Of a stretch of 64,000 nt of DNA, positions 1 through 11,962 are shown piece after piece (within the stretch, counting starts at the first letter, position 1; every line of letters starts with the position of its first letter). The notes beneath the pieces were generated by a model. The model saw only the letters and a list, made by a program, of their open reading frames with translations, searched no databases and was not told where the DNA came from. This DNA is from Octopus sinensis. Lineage: Eukaryota. The stretch lies in assembly GCF_006345805.1 (NCBI RefSeq), contig NC_042997.1, forward strand, positions 108,066,001 through 108,130,000, read 5' to 3'. A program made the translations under genes and the position numbers.

Positions 1-21
1 ATATATGTGTATATATATTTA

Positions 22-85
<64 letters not shown>

Positions 86-123
86 ATCTATCTATCTATC
101 TATCTATCTATTATATATATTAT

Positions 124-165
<42 letters not shown>

Positions 166-243
166 GTGTGTGTTGTGTGGTGTGTGTGTGTGTGTGTGGT
201 GTATGTATGTATGTATGTATGTATGTATGTATGTATGTATATA
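1..243. repeat. Compound microsatellite (TATC)n/(TA)n/(TG)n/(TATG)n
   Basis: Directly visible tandem units; ORFs 5..244, 100..294 and 120..308 are translations of it. Confidence 0.97.
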
Positions 244-1082
244 GGAAAAATAGAAGTTAAAAATGCCCTGAGAATAGTTAAAATATTTAAACACCTACTA
301 ATAAACATCTAATTGTTAGATTGGAAAAATTATCAGATCCATTTCTATTCATTTTTTCAAATATATAATACTCTACACCCGAAGCCGCCACCACCACCAC
401 CACCACAGCCACAGCAAAAGTAAGAATTTTATCACGTCCACCCCTTTCCCTCACAATAGCTATCCCCATCACCACCACCCCTACCATTACTTGTACCCAC
501 CCCCAAATACAGGACGTTTACATTCAATTATAGCCTTTCTCTTTCTCTTCTTTCTCCACATATCCTTTCTATCTCTTCTCCCCCTCCTTTCATATATCGT
601 CTCCCATTTCATACAAAACGTAGTTTTTGCATTTTTTCTTACGAATCTTCAACGATTTTATTTATTTATGTCTATTTATTTATCATATATTCATCTATTT
701 ATTCACCTAGTTATTATTCATTCTACCTATTTCCATTACACCCCCACCCTCATTTTATCAATCCCATCTTTTATGTCAGTTCCCTCTCTGTCTCTCTGTG
801 TACAGATGTGCACGTATCTGTGTGTAGGTTGTAGTTTCTCCACGCTATTCTTCAACGACTCCTTCCTCAATTCTATCTTCAACTGCTCTATTTGTTCTGC
901 TAGACAGTGGAACCAGCCAGGAACATCAAAACAACCTAAATATTGTCCAACCAGCCGACAAACTGAGTTCCAGATATGAAAGTTAAGGAAACATCAGAGA
1001 GTAAACAGGTACACTTACCTGGTCCTCACTTAAGACAACCCCATCCAAAGTATAGATCAAAAGATCAAACAATTATCAACAA

Positions 1083-1232
1083 GGGCGTAGTCGTGGTTGT
1101 GTGGTAAGAAGCTTGCTTTCCAGCTTCCTAATCACATGATTCCAGGGCAAGTGTCATCTTCTATGGTCCAGAAGGCGACCAAAAGCTTGTGAATGGATTT
1201 GGTAGACGGAAACTGAGAAAAGCTCGTCGTAT
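1083..1232 (+). mobile_element. tRNA-derived SINE, family A, 5' part
   Basis: GGCGTAG..GTGTGGTAAGAAGCTTG..GGATTTGGTAGACGGAAACTGA matches the heads at 6211, 11920(-), 55147 and 61280. Confidence 0.8.
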
Positions 1233-1239
1233 ATGTATA

Positions 1240-2470
1240 CAGTGGTTGGACAAAATAACGGAAACACCTTAAAATTTATTTTATTACTGGATGGGACTGC
1301 CTTTGGCTGCTGTAATTAAAGCTTGAATTCTACAAGATATGGACTTGTACAAAGTTTGATTGTTTCCAAAGGAATTTTTGTCCATTCTTTAGCTAAAACA
1401 GTCTCCAGTTCTTGTAGTGATGATGGTGGACGATATCGACTCCTTATATATGTTTTTCTAAAATGCACCATAAATGTTCACTAATATTGAGATCTGGGGA
1501 CTGTGGTGGCCAGATAAGATGCTCAACTTCACTAGAATGTTCCTAGTTCTATTCAGTAACAACTTCAGCTGTGTGAATTGGTGTATTATCATCCGGAAAG
1601 ATTGCTTTTCCCCCGGAAACAATTCCGCAACCATTGGATGAATTTGATCAGATAAAATGCTTAAAAAGTCTTCACTATTAATTCTGCCATGAAGGGAAAC
1701 CATTAAGCCCGCGGATTTCCAAGATATAGCCCCCAGACCATCACAGATCCTCCTCCATGTTTAACAGTTGGAAGAAGGCAGTCTGGGTCAAATGCTTCTT
1801 TTGGCTGTCTCCACACGTATACTCGGCCGGTGGTCGAAATTATTCTTCCACTGCTTTAGGGACCAATTCTGTAGGTTTTTACTCCAATCTAAACGCTTTG
1901 CAACGTTTGTTTTTGAAAGTAGTGGTTTTCTGATTGCAGCCCACCCATGAAATCCAGTTTTATGTAGCTCCCGGTGAACAGCTTTTGTGGAAACTGGTTT
2001 TTCGAGGTGGCCATTAAGCTCTGCAGTAATTTTGGGAGCTGTATTTTTGTGATCTTTTCAAACAATTTGCGAAGAGTCCGACGGTCCCTATCTGAAAGTT
2101 TTGGTTTTCTTCCGGAGTTTTGTTTCGACGACGAGGTTTTTCCCTCTTTCTCAAAGGCAGTCATTTCTTTCGAGACAGTACTTCTTGATACACCAAACAT
2201 TTCGGCTGTTTTTGTAATGCTAGCGCCTGCCATACGAGCACCAACAATTTGACATCTTTGAAATTCCGATAGATCTGTCATTTTAATGAATTTTAATTAC
2301 CTTTTCGTGGCGAAATATGAAAAGAAACAGCAATTTTAGCAAAGCATATTAAGCAACACTAATAATAAATAAAAAAAAACAAAAATAAACAAGCTTTTGA
2401 CAGTTTTATAGATATTTCAAAAGTATGATGTTATGATGTTAGGTGTTTCCATTATTTTGTCCAACCCCTG
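1240..2470 (-). mobile_element. Tc1-family DNA transposon, full length, inactive
   Basis: 30-bp TIRs CAGTGGTTGGACAAAATAACGGAAACACCT (1240-1269) and 2441-2470 with 2 mismatches; TA on both sides. Transposase starts MTDLSEFQRCQIVGARMAG (ATG 2281), has an HTH and a [12 protein letters not shown]-type motif, with frameshifts and a stop. Confidence 0.95.
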
Positions 2471-2522
2471 TATACACATACATACATACATACATAGATA
2501 CATACATACATACATACATACA

Positions 2523-2558
<36 letters not shown>

Positions 2559-2646
2559 TATATATATGTATGTATGTATGTATATGTATATATATTATTT
2601 GTAGGATAAACAGGCTACCGTTGGGTTCATGATAACAGAGATATCT

Positions 2647-2771
2647 CTTAGCGATTATCAAGCCTGTCATATGGAGCGTTAATCTTCGTCTCCATCTTGG
2701 ATGGAAGCGGTCTTCATACAAAATGGAGACGAAGATCGAAGCTCCATGTGACAGGCTTGAGAATCGCTAAG
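2647..2771. repeat. Fold-back inverted repeat, 49-bp arms
   Basis: 2647-2695 vs 2723-2771, 5 mismatches; 27-nt loop is partly self-complementary. Confidence 0.9.
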
Positions 2772-2892
2772 ACATATAGAGATATGTCTTGAAATGTTAA
2801 CTTAATAAAGACTATTTATCCACCAATGCAGTGTTGAGTACTTATTCTCACTGTTCGATATTAACGTACGAACATATATATTTATATATATA

Positions 2893-2944
<52 letters not shown>

Positions 2945-2973
2945 TGTGTGTGTGTGTGTGTATAAATATATAT

Positions 2974-3013
<40 letters not shown>

Positions 3014-3440
3014 ACAGAATGAGATAAAAAATCCAAGGCTGTAAACAGTTTTTAGAACATTTATAAGGAAAAAAGTCTTACAGCTTTTTCCGGGATATTT
3101 CATATATCCCTTCATATAAATATGCATATTTATATGCGAGAAAATGTTTGAGTATTAATTCTTGTAAAGAAGATATGAAATACAGAGGGAAGTAAGAGAA
3201 TGAAAGCAGAAGTGAGATACATAAGGATATTATTCAAGTAGAATGGTGTGTATAAGTGTTGAAGAAGTTTCCACAATGCCAGCAATAACGCCAAGTTACT
3301 TAGCATCCATACACAGTGACTTTAATTGGAATTTCTGCTCCAATAAAATGAATTAGTTGGGGTGAGTCAGTGTGTGATATTTATTAGATGAAAACCTTTT
3401 TGGGATGGCCGAAACAATTCGAAATGAAATACAAAGAGAA

Positions 3441-3762
3441 TGTAGGTCTTCCGTCGGTTACGACGACGAGCTTTACAGTTGATTCGATGAACGGAACAGT
3501 CTGCTCGTAAAATTGACGTACAAGTGGCGGAGCACTCTACATGCACACGCAACCTTAACGTAGTTCTCAGGGAGATTTAGTGTGACACAGAAAGAGACGA
3601 GGCTGACCCTTTGAATTATTGGTACAACTCATTTTTTCCAGTTGAGTGGACTGGAGCAACGAGAAATGAAGTGTCTTGCTCAAAAACGCACCGCCAGAAT
3701 TCGAATTCACGAACTTATGATCGTAAACCGAGTACACTAACCACCAAGCCACACGTCTTCAC
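3441..3762 (-). mobile_element. tRNA-derived SINE, family C
   Basis: Minus-strand head GTGTGGCTTGGTGGTTAG..TTCGAATTC with pol III A/B-box-like motifs, then TTGAGCAAGACACTT and a body containing GATGAACGGAACAGTCTGCTCG. Confidence 0.7.
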
Positions 3763-4902
3763 CCAAAATTAATTATAAAAGCCAACAAACGGGAAATATC
3801 TGAAGAACGATTTGTTCCATCTCTCATTCCTCCCCGTGTCCTCAGCAGAAAAGATCATAACTCGAAATATCGAAATACAACGTAAAACTCTTAAATGTTG
3901 TTCTGTTTCACTTTTCTAGTTCAGATTTCAGATTTCTTTCTGCATTCTTTCCGACTTACCAAAGATGTCTTCATTTGTCATTCAATTCGAATGTTTTAAC
4001 GAAGTTTCCCAAAACTTCGAACAGTTCAGTGATTACAAAGTTATTAAAATTCGATTCCGAAGTATGGCTATAAAATGATTCAACATTCGTGTTACCAGCA
4101 CCGCGGATAACCTGCGTCGAAGGTTACGGATGTTTTACATACAAGCAAAGCCTCTTTGCCAAAAAATGAGGTTCTTCGTCCAAAATATGATGAATTTGTA
4201 GAATGCGCGCGCGCGCGCGTGTGTATGTGTGGCATAACTTGCGTCAATGTTTTCACATTAATTTATGTATGGGTGTGAAAACACACGCACACACATATAT
4301 CTGCATAGATAAAGAGATAATTAGGTTGATAAATATATGTATATATGCATATTTATATGTATTTGTGTGTATATATGTGAGTTTGTAGAAGTGTATATCC
4401 ATCCGAATATCTGTTCATCTACATACATACATTCATACATACATACATACATACATACATACATACATACATACATACATACATACATACATACATACAT
4501 GTATATGTACACACACGCTCACACACACACACTCACACACACTCACACACGTTATGCACCCTTCCTGTCCGTACAGACTCTGATAATACTTATCAACGAC
4601 TCTTCCTCAGTATTTTTTTAAATAAATAGTAATCTGAGAGAAATCTATGATCTTCTTTCATCACAGCTTCTCCCAATTTTACTTTCACCTACCATCCATC
4701 ACAACAACAACAACAACAACAACAACTTCATCGTTTTTTTTTTATCTCTCTTTACCCACATATCGTTCTCCTTTCTTCTTTCTTCTCATCTTTTTCGTTT
4801 TCTTTCACCTTTTCATAAAATAGATGTCAATCTCAAACAAGTACAAACATTCTACACTGCAGAAAACATACGTAAATAAATAAACGGGATATATAATCTG
4901 GA

Positions 4903-4962
4903 AATCCCTTGTTTTAAGTAGGCTGAACTTTATTAATCCCTTGTTTTAAGTAGGCTGGACTC
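4903..4962. repeat. 32-bp tandem duplication
   Basis: AATCCCTTGTTTTAAGTAGGCTG(A/G)ACT at 4903 and 4935. Confidence 0.85.
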
Positions 4963-5142
4963 TATAACTCTACCTATGGAACTTTACTCTCCTCACACAA
5001 CTGTACTCTGCTAACACGAATCACTCCTTGAATCTTGTAAACATCTCTGCGTTACGTTTCCCTTTTTCGAACGCCAACGGAACGATATGCCATTTTATAT
5101 ATGTATAAAACTCTTGAAAATCTCGTTCCACACTTTGGTAAA

Positions 5143-5536
5143 TCTCTCTCTCTATAAAGCTGAAGTTGTCTGTGTGTGGCAAGTTTGGTAGCCTTCAACT
5201 AACACTATCTCCTCCGAGACCCTGGGGCGCAAGTTGACCAAAATTGAGAGTATGATAGAAGAAGACTTGCTCTTCCTTCCGTGGAAGAAAAAATTCAAAT
5301 CAGACCATGTTAACACCAAAAATTATATACATCAAAACGGTGCTATTTTTGTCTATGAAAATCCCTATTTTTTACGATTTTTTGACTGCTGTGTCGCCAT
5401 TTTTCAGTGTATTTCAACCAGAAAAATGTTCACTTAAAGATAATAACAAGCTACATAATGCAAAATTTTTACTTTTCAAAAATTCCAATTCTAAATGGTC
5501 GAAACAAACCCGAGCAACGCCGGGTGATAACGCTAG
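5143..5536 (+). mobile_element. Non-autonomous Helitron, copy 1
   Basis: A|TC start, CTAG|T end, subterminal hairpin CCCGAGCAACGCCGGG (5509-5524), no TSD; near-identical to 6917-7313 and 60707-61083. Confidence 0.85.
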
Positions 5537-6210
5537 TAAAGGGAGAAAAAGAGCCAGAGAATTGGGAGGTAGAGTCAAATCCTTCTTTAAACTCCCTTCA
5601 GTAAACATATACAGCAAATGTTTGGTGCTTAAAGTTCGTCACTTGTACAACTGTATCCCAAGACATATGTAAATGTTAGCCAGTGTTTCCGTTAGACCGT
5701 GTTTCCTTATCAAGTATTTCATACCCCAGAAACTTGACTTCGAGGATCCTCGTTATTCCTACTAAACTTCTCACTCCAAATTTCTCTTCAACATCTGATG
5801 TTAAATATTTTACTGATCATGTTGTGCCTTGGGAAGGTCAGTACGCCAATAACAATAACACACGCACTGGTCTAATACCAGTTTATTGTTAATCAATTGA
5901 TTAAATATCCAATCATCTAAACTAAACGATCGTTTGTTTATTATTAGGGCAACGACTCTCCCCAAGACAAAGCAAAATTTGTTTCAACGAAATAACATCA
6001 AGAATCTTGCAACCCAAATACTAAAGCCAAATTTTACTGCGGTTTTAGTTTAATAAGATTTATTTTCTTATAGTTTTACATGTAGGTGGCGCTGTTTTTG
6101 AGATCAATACTTTATAAGGAAAGTCTTGTTTAGCAAATTTTTGAGTCATATATATTTTATATCTTTGATATATGTTTATATGTTGAATATATACGTATTT
6201 TATACCTACT

Positions 6211-6665
6211 AGGCGGAGGTGTGGCTATGTGGTAAGAAGCTTGCTTTCCACCCACATGGTTCCGGGACTGCTTAGCACCTTGGGAACTTGCTTCTACTAT
6301 AGCTCCGGGCCGGCCAAATCTTTATGAGTGGATTTGGTAGTTGGAAACTGAAGGAAGTCCGTCTTGTGTGTGTGCGCATACACACACACGCACCCCCCCC
6401 ACATATATATATATATATACACACACAAACACACACACATATGTGTATGCGTGTGTGTGTCTGTGTCTGTGTTTGTTCCTCACCGGAGTTTGACAACCGG
6501 TGTTGGTGTGCTTACGTCCCCGTAAGTTAATGGTTCGGCCAAGAAGGTATCGATAGAATAAGTACCAGACTTAATAAAAAGTCCTGAGGTCAAGCTGTTC
6601 GTCTAAAACCCTTCAAGGCGGTGCCCCAGCATGGCCGCAGTCAAATGACTGAAACATGTAAAAGG
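6211..6665 (+). mobile_element. SINE family A, full length, with internal microsatellite
   Basis: tRNA-like head, internal (TA)/(CA)/(TG) tract, tail ..GGCGGTGCCCCAGCATGGCCGCAGTCAAATGACTGAAAC. Confidence 0.85.
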
Positions 6666-6728
6666 TTATAGATAAAAGATATATATATTTAAGTAGCTAA
6701 TACATACTTTATATCTATTATATATATA

Positions 6729-6900
6729 TTTCTTTATTGGCCACATGGAGCTAAACATAGAGGGGACAAACAAAGACAGACAAACAGATTAAGTCGATTA
6801 CATCGACCCCAGTACGTAACCGGTACTTTATTTATCGACCCCGAAAGGATGAAAGGCAAAGTCGACCTCGGCGGAATTTGAACTCAGAACGCAGCGGCGG
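6729..6900 (-). mobile_element. SINE family B, 5'-truncated, with Tx1-like tail
   Basis: B-box GAGTTCAAATTCC, core GTCGACTTTGCCTTTCATCCTTTCGGGGTCGATAAA, tail ending GGCCAATAAAGAAA. Confidence 0.85.
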
Positions 6901-6916
6901 ATGGGATCATTAATAA

Positions 6917-7313
6917 TCTCTCTCTATATATAAAGCTGAAGTTGTCTATGTATGGCAGGTTTGGCAGCCTTCAACTAACACTATCTCCTCCGAGACCCTG
7001 CGGCGCAAGTTGACCAAAATTTAGATTATGATAGAAGAAGGCTTGCTCTTCCTTCCGTAGAAGACTAAATTCAGATCGGACCATGTTAAGACCAAAAATT
7101 ATTTACATCAAAAAGGTGCTTTTTTTTTTGTATGAAAATTCCTATTATTTACGATTTTTTGACTGCTGTGTCGCCATTTTTCGGTGTATTTCAACCAGAA
7201 AAATGTTCACTTAAAGATAATAACAAGCTACATGATGCAACATTTTTACTTTTCAAAAATTCTAATTCTAAAGGGTCGAAACAAACCCGAGCAACGCCGG
7301 GCGATACTGCTAG
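6917..7313 (+). mobile_element. Non-autonomous Helitron, copy 2
   Basis: A|TC...CCCGAGCAACGCCGGG...CTAG|T; same sequence as copy 1. Confidence 0.85.
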
Positions 7314-8075
7314 TATATTTAAAAGAAGAGATGTTTCTCACTATGTCCTGCTACGCATGCTCAGTGATACAGATTAACTGGTTATAGCATTTTCCAAACC
7401 GGAGTACGTTAAAAAAAAAATTACATTATCATATCAATTCCATTATGCAGAATACAGAATTAAAAAAATTGTAAAATTCGTAAAAATAAAAAAAAAAAGA
7501 AGTTATGAGGCGTTTTAGCACGTGCTCACGTCATAATTACGCCGATTGGGCGTTGCGCCAATTGTTTTTATTAAAGCTTATGTTTTTTGTGTGCTATTTT
7601 TTCAGTTAATATATCTTATTAATTCATCATTGTTTTTTAATATTAAACGCACGTTCAGTTAATAACTGCTTTGTAGTAATTCATCCTGTAGGTCTCTGCT
7701 TTATCGGATCATTAGTAATATATTATTTATGTATTTCATACACGAAATCCTGGGTTGCTATTTTTCACAAGGGTTTTTGTGGTTTCTTTACATTATGTGT
7801 GTCTATCTATATCAATAGCAATTGCAACTTCGAAGATATTTGTTAGCCATTCAAGGAAAACAAAAAGACCGTTAAATTCACTACAACATTTAAATTTAGA
7901 TGTTGAAGTGAATCTAACGTTTTTTTGTGTGTGTGTGTGTGTTCTTAAATGGCTTACAATCATTTCCCACGCTGCAATTGTTTTTGTTTCTGCACACAAT
8001 CTCAGATCAAGTTACTTGCTATGCAAGTACATCTTTGTAATTTAATTTTCATTTAAATCAGAATTTTCGTTGCTT

Positions 8076-9310
8076 GACCGGTATCACAAACTTTATCCAG
8101 GTCAGACACCAACTGACAGACCAGATTTAACCGACAAAGTATTTAATAGGAAAGTTAGGGATCTCGTGCATAATATTTTGGAGAAGAATGTTTTGGGACA
8201 GGTTGCAGGGTACATGTGAATTATAGAGTTCCAAAAGCGTGGACTACCCCATTGTCGTATGTTGTTCATATTAAAAAAAAAGATCCAGAACATTATAATA
8301 AATTTGTTTATGCAGGACTTCCAAATCCACAAACACAGCCAATTCTGTTTCAACATGTGACAAAATGCATGCTACATGGTCCATGTGGAAGAATAAACCC
8401 AATGCAACATGCATGGTTGATGGGAAATGTAAAAGACTTTCAGGAAAACGCATTATACAGTTATAATGGCTATCCACTTTACCGCCGTCGAAATAATGGT
8501 TTACAAAGTCTAATGTTGAATTAGATAATCGTTCAGTTGTACTATAAATCCCTTGTCTTTTTCGTCAAATATGGAGGTCATTGTAATGTAGAGATATGTG
8601 CATTTGTAAAATCAGTTAAATATATTAGCAAATATATTCCTAACGGTCATGATCGGGTGACAGTCAATATTAGTGGACAAACCAATGCACGACAAACACA
8701 CAAAGATGAAATTGAAAATTATATCAATGGCCGCTATGTATCCTCATCAGAGGCAGTCTGGAGGATTTTAGGGTTCAAATTACACGGTTCATATCCAGAA
8801 AACAGCTTACAGTTCATTTACCCCAACAGCAATACATTTACTCTGATGATGATGATGATATTGAACATGTTATCCACACACACATGACAGGTTCACTCTC
8901 CCTGAATGGATGTAAGTTAACCAGGCACCACCAGCAATCACTCATTTGCACGTACATTACACTCTACTGATTTCCCTGAATTTTACACATGGAATAATAG
9001 TGAGAAAATGTGGCATCTCAGAAAAAATAATACACACTCAATTGGGCGTATCTACTTTGTTTCACTGAAGGAACAGGAATGATTCTATTTGAGAGCTTCA
9101 ATGTATCATATTCCCGGAGTTACATCATTTGAAGATACGAGGACTATTAATGGTGTAGTTTGCCATAGTTACAAGGCGGCGTCAATGAAACTGGGTTTAG
9201 CACATGATGACTGTGAATACTATCGGACTATGGAGTTTGCTAATATTTCAGCAACTCCATATCAGACGCGAAGACTTTTCTCCTCCATTATTAATTACTG
9301 CATTCTATAT
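8076..9310 (+). pseudogene. Helitron RepHel fragment (Rep/HUH domain), frameshifted
   Basis: PGQTPTDRPDL..KVF, IEFQKRGLPH (HUH motif 2 region), CMLHGPCG, YPLYRRR, KSVKYISKY (motif 3), RYVSSSEAVWRI, IGRIY, SFEDTRTING; several stops and frameshifts; helicase domain absent. Confidence 0.92.
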
Positions 9311-9321
9311 GTAGACTTACT

Positions 9322-9525
9322 GTGACCGCGTGTGTACCGTTGGCGATTTTTTTTTCTCTGTCTTTCCTTCGCTGGATCTTTCCTTCTCCTATGTTTCCGA
9401 CGAAGAGCTCCGCTCGAAACGTTAAACCCTCCTTCTTTCCTTCTTTCCTGAGCGTCCAATAATACTATATTTGTTCCACGTCCTCGCGTTGTTGTGTTTT
9501 TTTGTGCTTTCTTGTTTGGATTAAC
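9322..9525 (+). mobile_element. PLE pLTR-like fragment ending in (TA)n
   Basis: Contains a hammerhead-like motif and abuts (TA)n, as other PLE ends in this window do. Confidence 0.6.
9393..9427 (+). ncRNA. Minimal type I hammerhead-like motif with variant core
   Basis: Stem I GTTT/AAAC; core CCGACGA plus an extra A; stem II GAGC-TCC-GCTC; GAA; palindromic stem III ACGT; predicted site GUU. Confidence 0.55.
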
Positions 9526-9558
<33 letters not shown>

Positions 9559-9949
9559 GTTTTTATATCCAGTATATAAATGCCTGTAAAGTTGGGTACT
9601 GAAATTTCAATCACTCGAGTGGGTCAAAGTTCTATAAAGAGAAAGCATATCCATTGTGTCCTGTTATTGAAGCGGTCGTATTTACTTTCCATTATTCCAG
9701 GTTCGTTGACATAACATCAATAATAGAATCGGTTCGCTTTGAAGGACAACACCTTAATACTGAAATCGTATTAATACTGAAATAATACTGAAACAGATTA
9801 TTCTCGGTTCTAGCGATTAGCAATCGTTCACTCACCAACACAATGCAATCTCTAACCCGCAGACACTTTGTCTCCTTTCGTTTTCTCTTTTGGTGCCAGG
9901 ACGCTTTGCAGGATAATGGATAACCAGTGGCCAGATTTCGTGTCCAACA

Positions 9950-10230
9950 AATGACTCTATTCAGAAAATGGGATGTGTCCTGTTAATTGTGTTATTCAAG
10001 AGTGCCAGCTGAGACTATTTGGTCATGTTCCTCAATTTCCCGAGTTACACCCTGCTTATGGTGTTCTTTTCGCTGATAATCCGGTTGACGGCCAATGTTG
10101 GTCGACCACATGTCACATGGTCACAGCAGATGAGGATGAACCTCGTGGGGATGAGGACTGACTGGGACTCAACTCGGAGGGTCGCCCGGGGAAGGCCCGG
10201 GAATATATCAACACATCTGACCTGATCTGT
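9950..10230 (+). mobile_element. Decayed LINE ORF2 C-terminal fragment (RTE/L2-like)
   Basis: QLRLFGHV..PELHPAY and VGRPHVTW resemble the RLxxFGHVxR..GRPxxTW end of RTE-type ORF2. Confidence 0.55.
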
Positions 10231-10406
10231 TACTACAACTCGTTGTGAACGCCTCTCTCATTGAGTCTCAGTTCCCACATGTTGCATTACATACAGGCTC
10301 CAGTTAATCATTCGGGCAATAAGTCTCCGGAATTGTCTCTTAACATTTTTACAAATATTCAGAATGAACGTCACTACATCCATCTCGATAGCCTCAAAAA
10401 ATAAAC

Positions 10407-10454
<48 letters not shown>

Positions 10455-10825
10455 ACACACACCACACACCACACAACACACACACATACACACAAACCCT
10501 CTCTCTGTCTCTGCCTTTGTCTGTCTGTCTCTCTCTCTGATTAATTTAATAAAACAAAACAACGGGAGACACAGCCGAGGCAGACAGTATACAGAGCAGG
10601 ACAAGAGACATTCATCTGGGAGAACGAGGCCAGACTGTCACAATTGATTTTGTCTGATAATAGGGGACATCTTCTCGGCTGGAGACAAATGAGGGAATAG
10701 AAGGTGTGTAGCTTAAAGAGAATCAAGAGAAAGTCTGCTGAATGTCTGGTGGAGGGTTCGCCGCCGGTCTCGACGAGGAGTATTCAGTTATTCAACTATC
10801 TGAAATCTGAAATGGGAAATGAACG

Positions 10826-10880
10826 TATGATTGAGTATTCTGTATTATGATTGAGTATTCTGTATTATGATTGAGTATTC
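10826..10880. repeat. 20-bp tandem repeat, about 2.7 copies
   Basis: TATGATTGAGTATTCTGTAT units. Confidence 0.9.
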
Positions 10881-11229
10881 AGGTGGGGGTCAGGGAGAGA
10901 GAGGGAGAAGAGAGAGAGGGAGAGGGAGAAGGAAGGGAGAGTAGGGGAGAAGGAACTCCCCCACCTCCAATGCATGACTGATACTTCATTAATGAAACTC
11001 ATAAAACTATGAAAGGCGAAGTTAACATCTGTGGGATTTGAACTCTGAACACAGAAAGCCGGATAAAATACCAGGAGGCATTTTGTCCGATCCTTTAATG
11101 ATTCATCACCTTCGAAAGGCTATTTGAGCGTGGTGATGATGGTGGCGGTGGTTATGAAGGAGAAGAGAATGATGGTGATGATGGTTGTGTGGTGGTGGTG
11201 GTGCTAATTGGTTGTATTCGTCAACGCAA

Positions 11230-11317
11230 TGACGTCACTGACCAATTGTGGTTTAGTCAGCATTTCTATCGAGTGACAATGGTGGGGAGACTTCAGAAGG
11301 ACTGTCTTATGACGTCA
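11230..11317. promoter_or_regulatory. Two full CRE palindromes plus CCAAT (candidate enhancer)
   Basis: TGACGTCA at 11230-11237 and 11310-11317; CCAAT at 11242-11246. Confidence 0.3.
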
Positions 11318-11456
11318 AGCATTTGTTGCAGACCGGTGAATAGAAACAGTACTAAAGGAAGGGAGGGAGAGAAAAAGACAGAGCGGAGGACATATTTATG
11401 TGTGAGCGTGTGTATATACATACATAATACATACATACATACATATATGTATGTGT

Positions 11457-11510
<54 letters not shown>

Positions 11511-11511
<1 letters not shown>

Positions 11512-11920
11512 TACTCTTTTACTCTTTTACTTGTTTCAGTCATTTGGCTGCGGCCGTGCTGGGGCACCGCCTTTAGTCGATCGAGCAAATCGACCCCAGG
11601 ACTTATTCTTTGTAAGCCTAGCACTTATTCTATCGGTGTCTTTTGCCGAACCGCTAAGTTAAGGGGACGTAAAAACACCAGCATCGGTTGTCAAGCGATG
11701 CTGGGGGACAAACACAGACACACGCATACATATACATATACAAACATATATATATATGACGGGCTTCTTTCAGTTTCCGTCTACCAAATCCACTCACAAG
11801 GCTTTGGTCGGCCTGAGACTACAGTAGAAGACACTTGCCCAAGGTGCCATGCAGTGGGACTGAACCCGGAACCATGTGGTTCGTAAGCAAGATAATTACC
11901 ACACAGTCACTCCTACGCCT
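11511..11920 (-). mobile_element. SINE family A, full length
   Basis: Reverse-complement match to 55147-55570; (GAGTAAAA)n tail. Confidence 0.9.
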
Positions 11921-11928
11921 ATTGTTGA

Positions 11929-11960
<32 letters not shown>

Positions 11961-11962
<2 letters not shown>

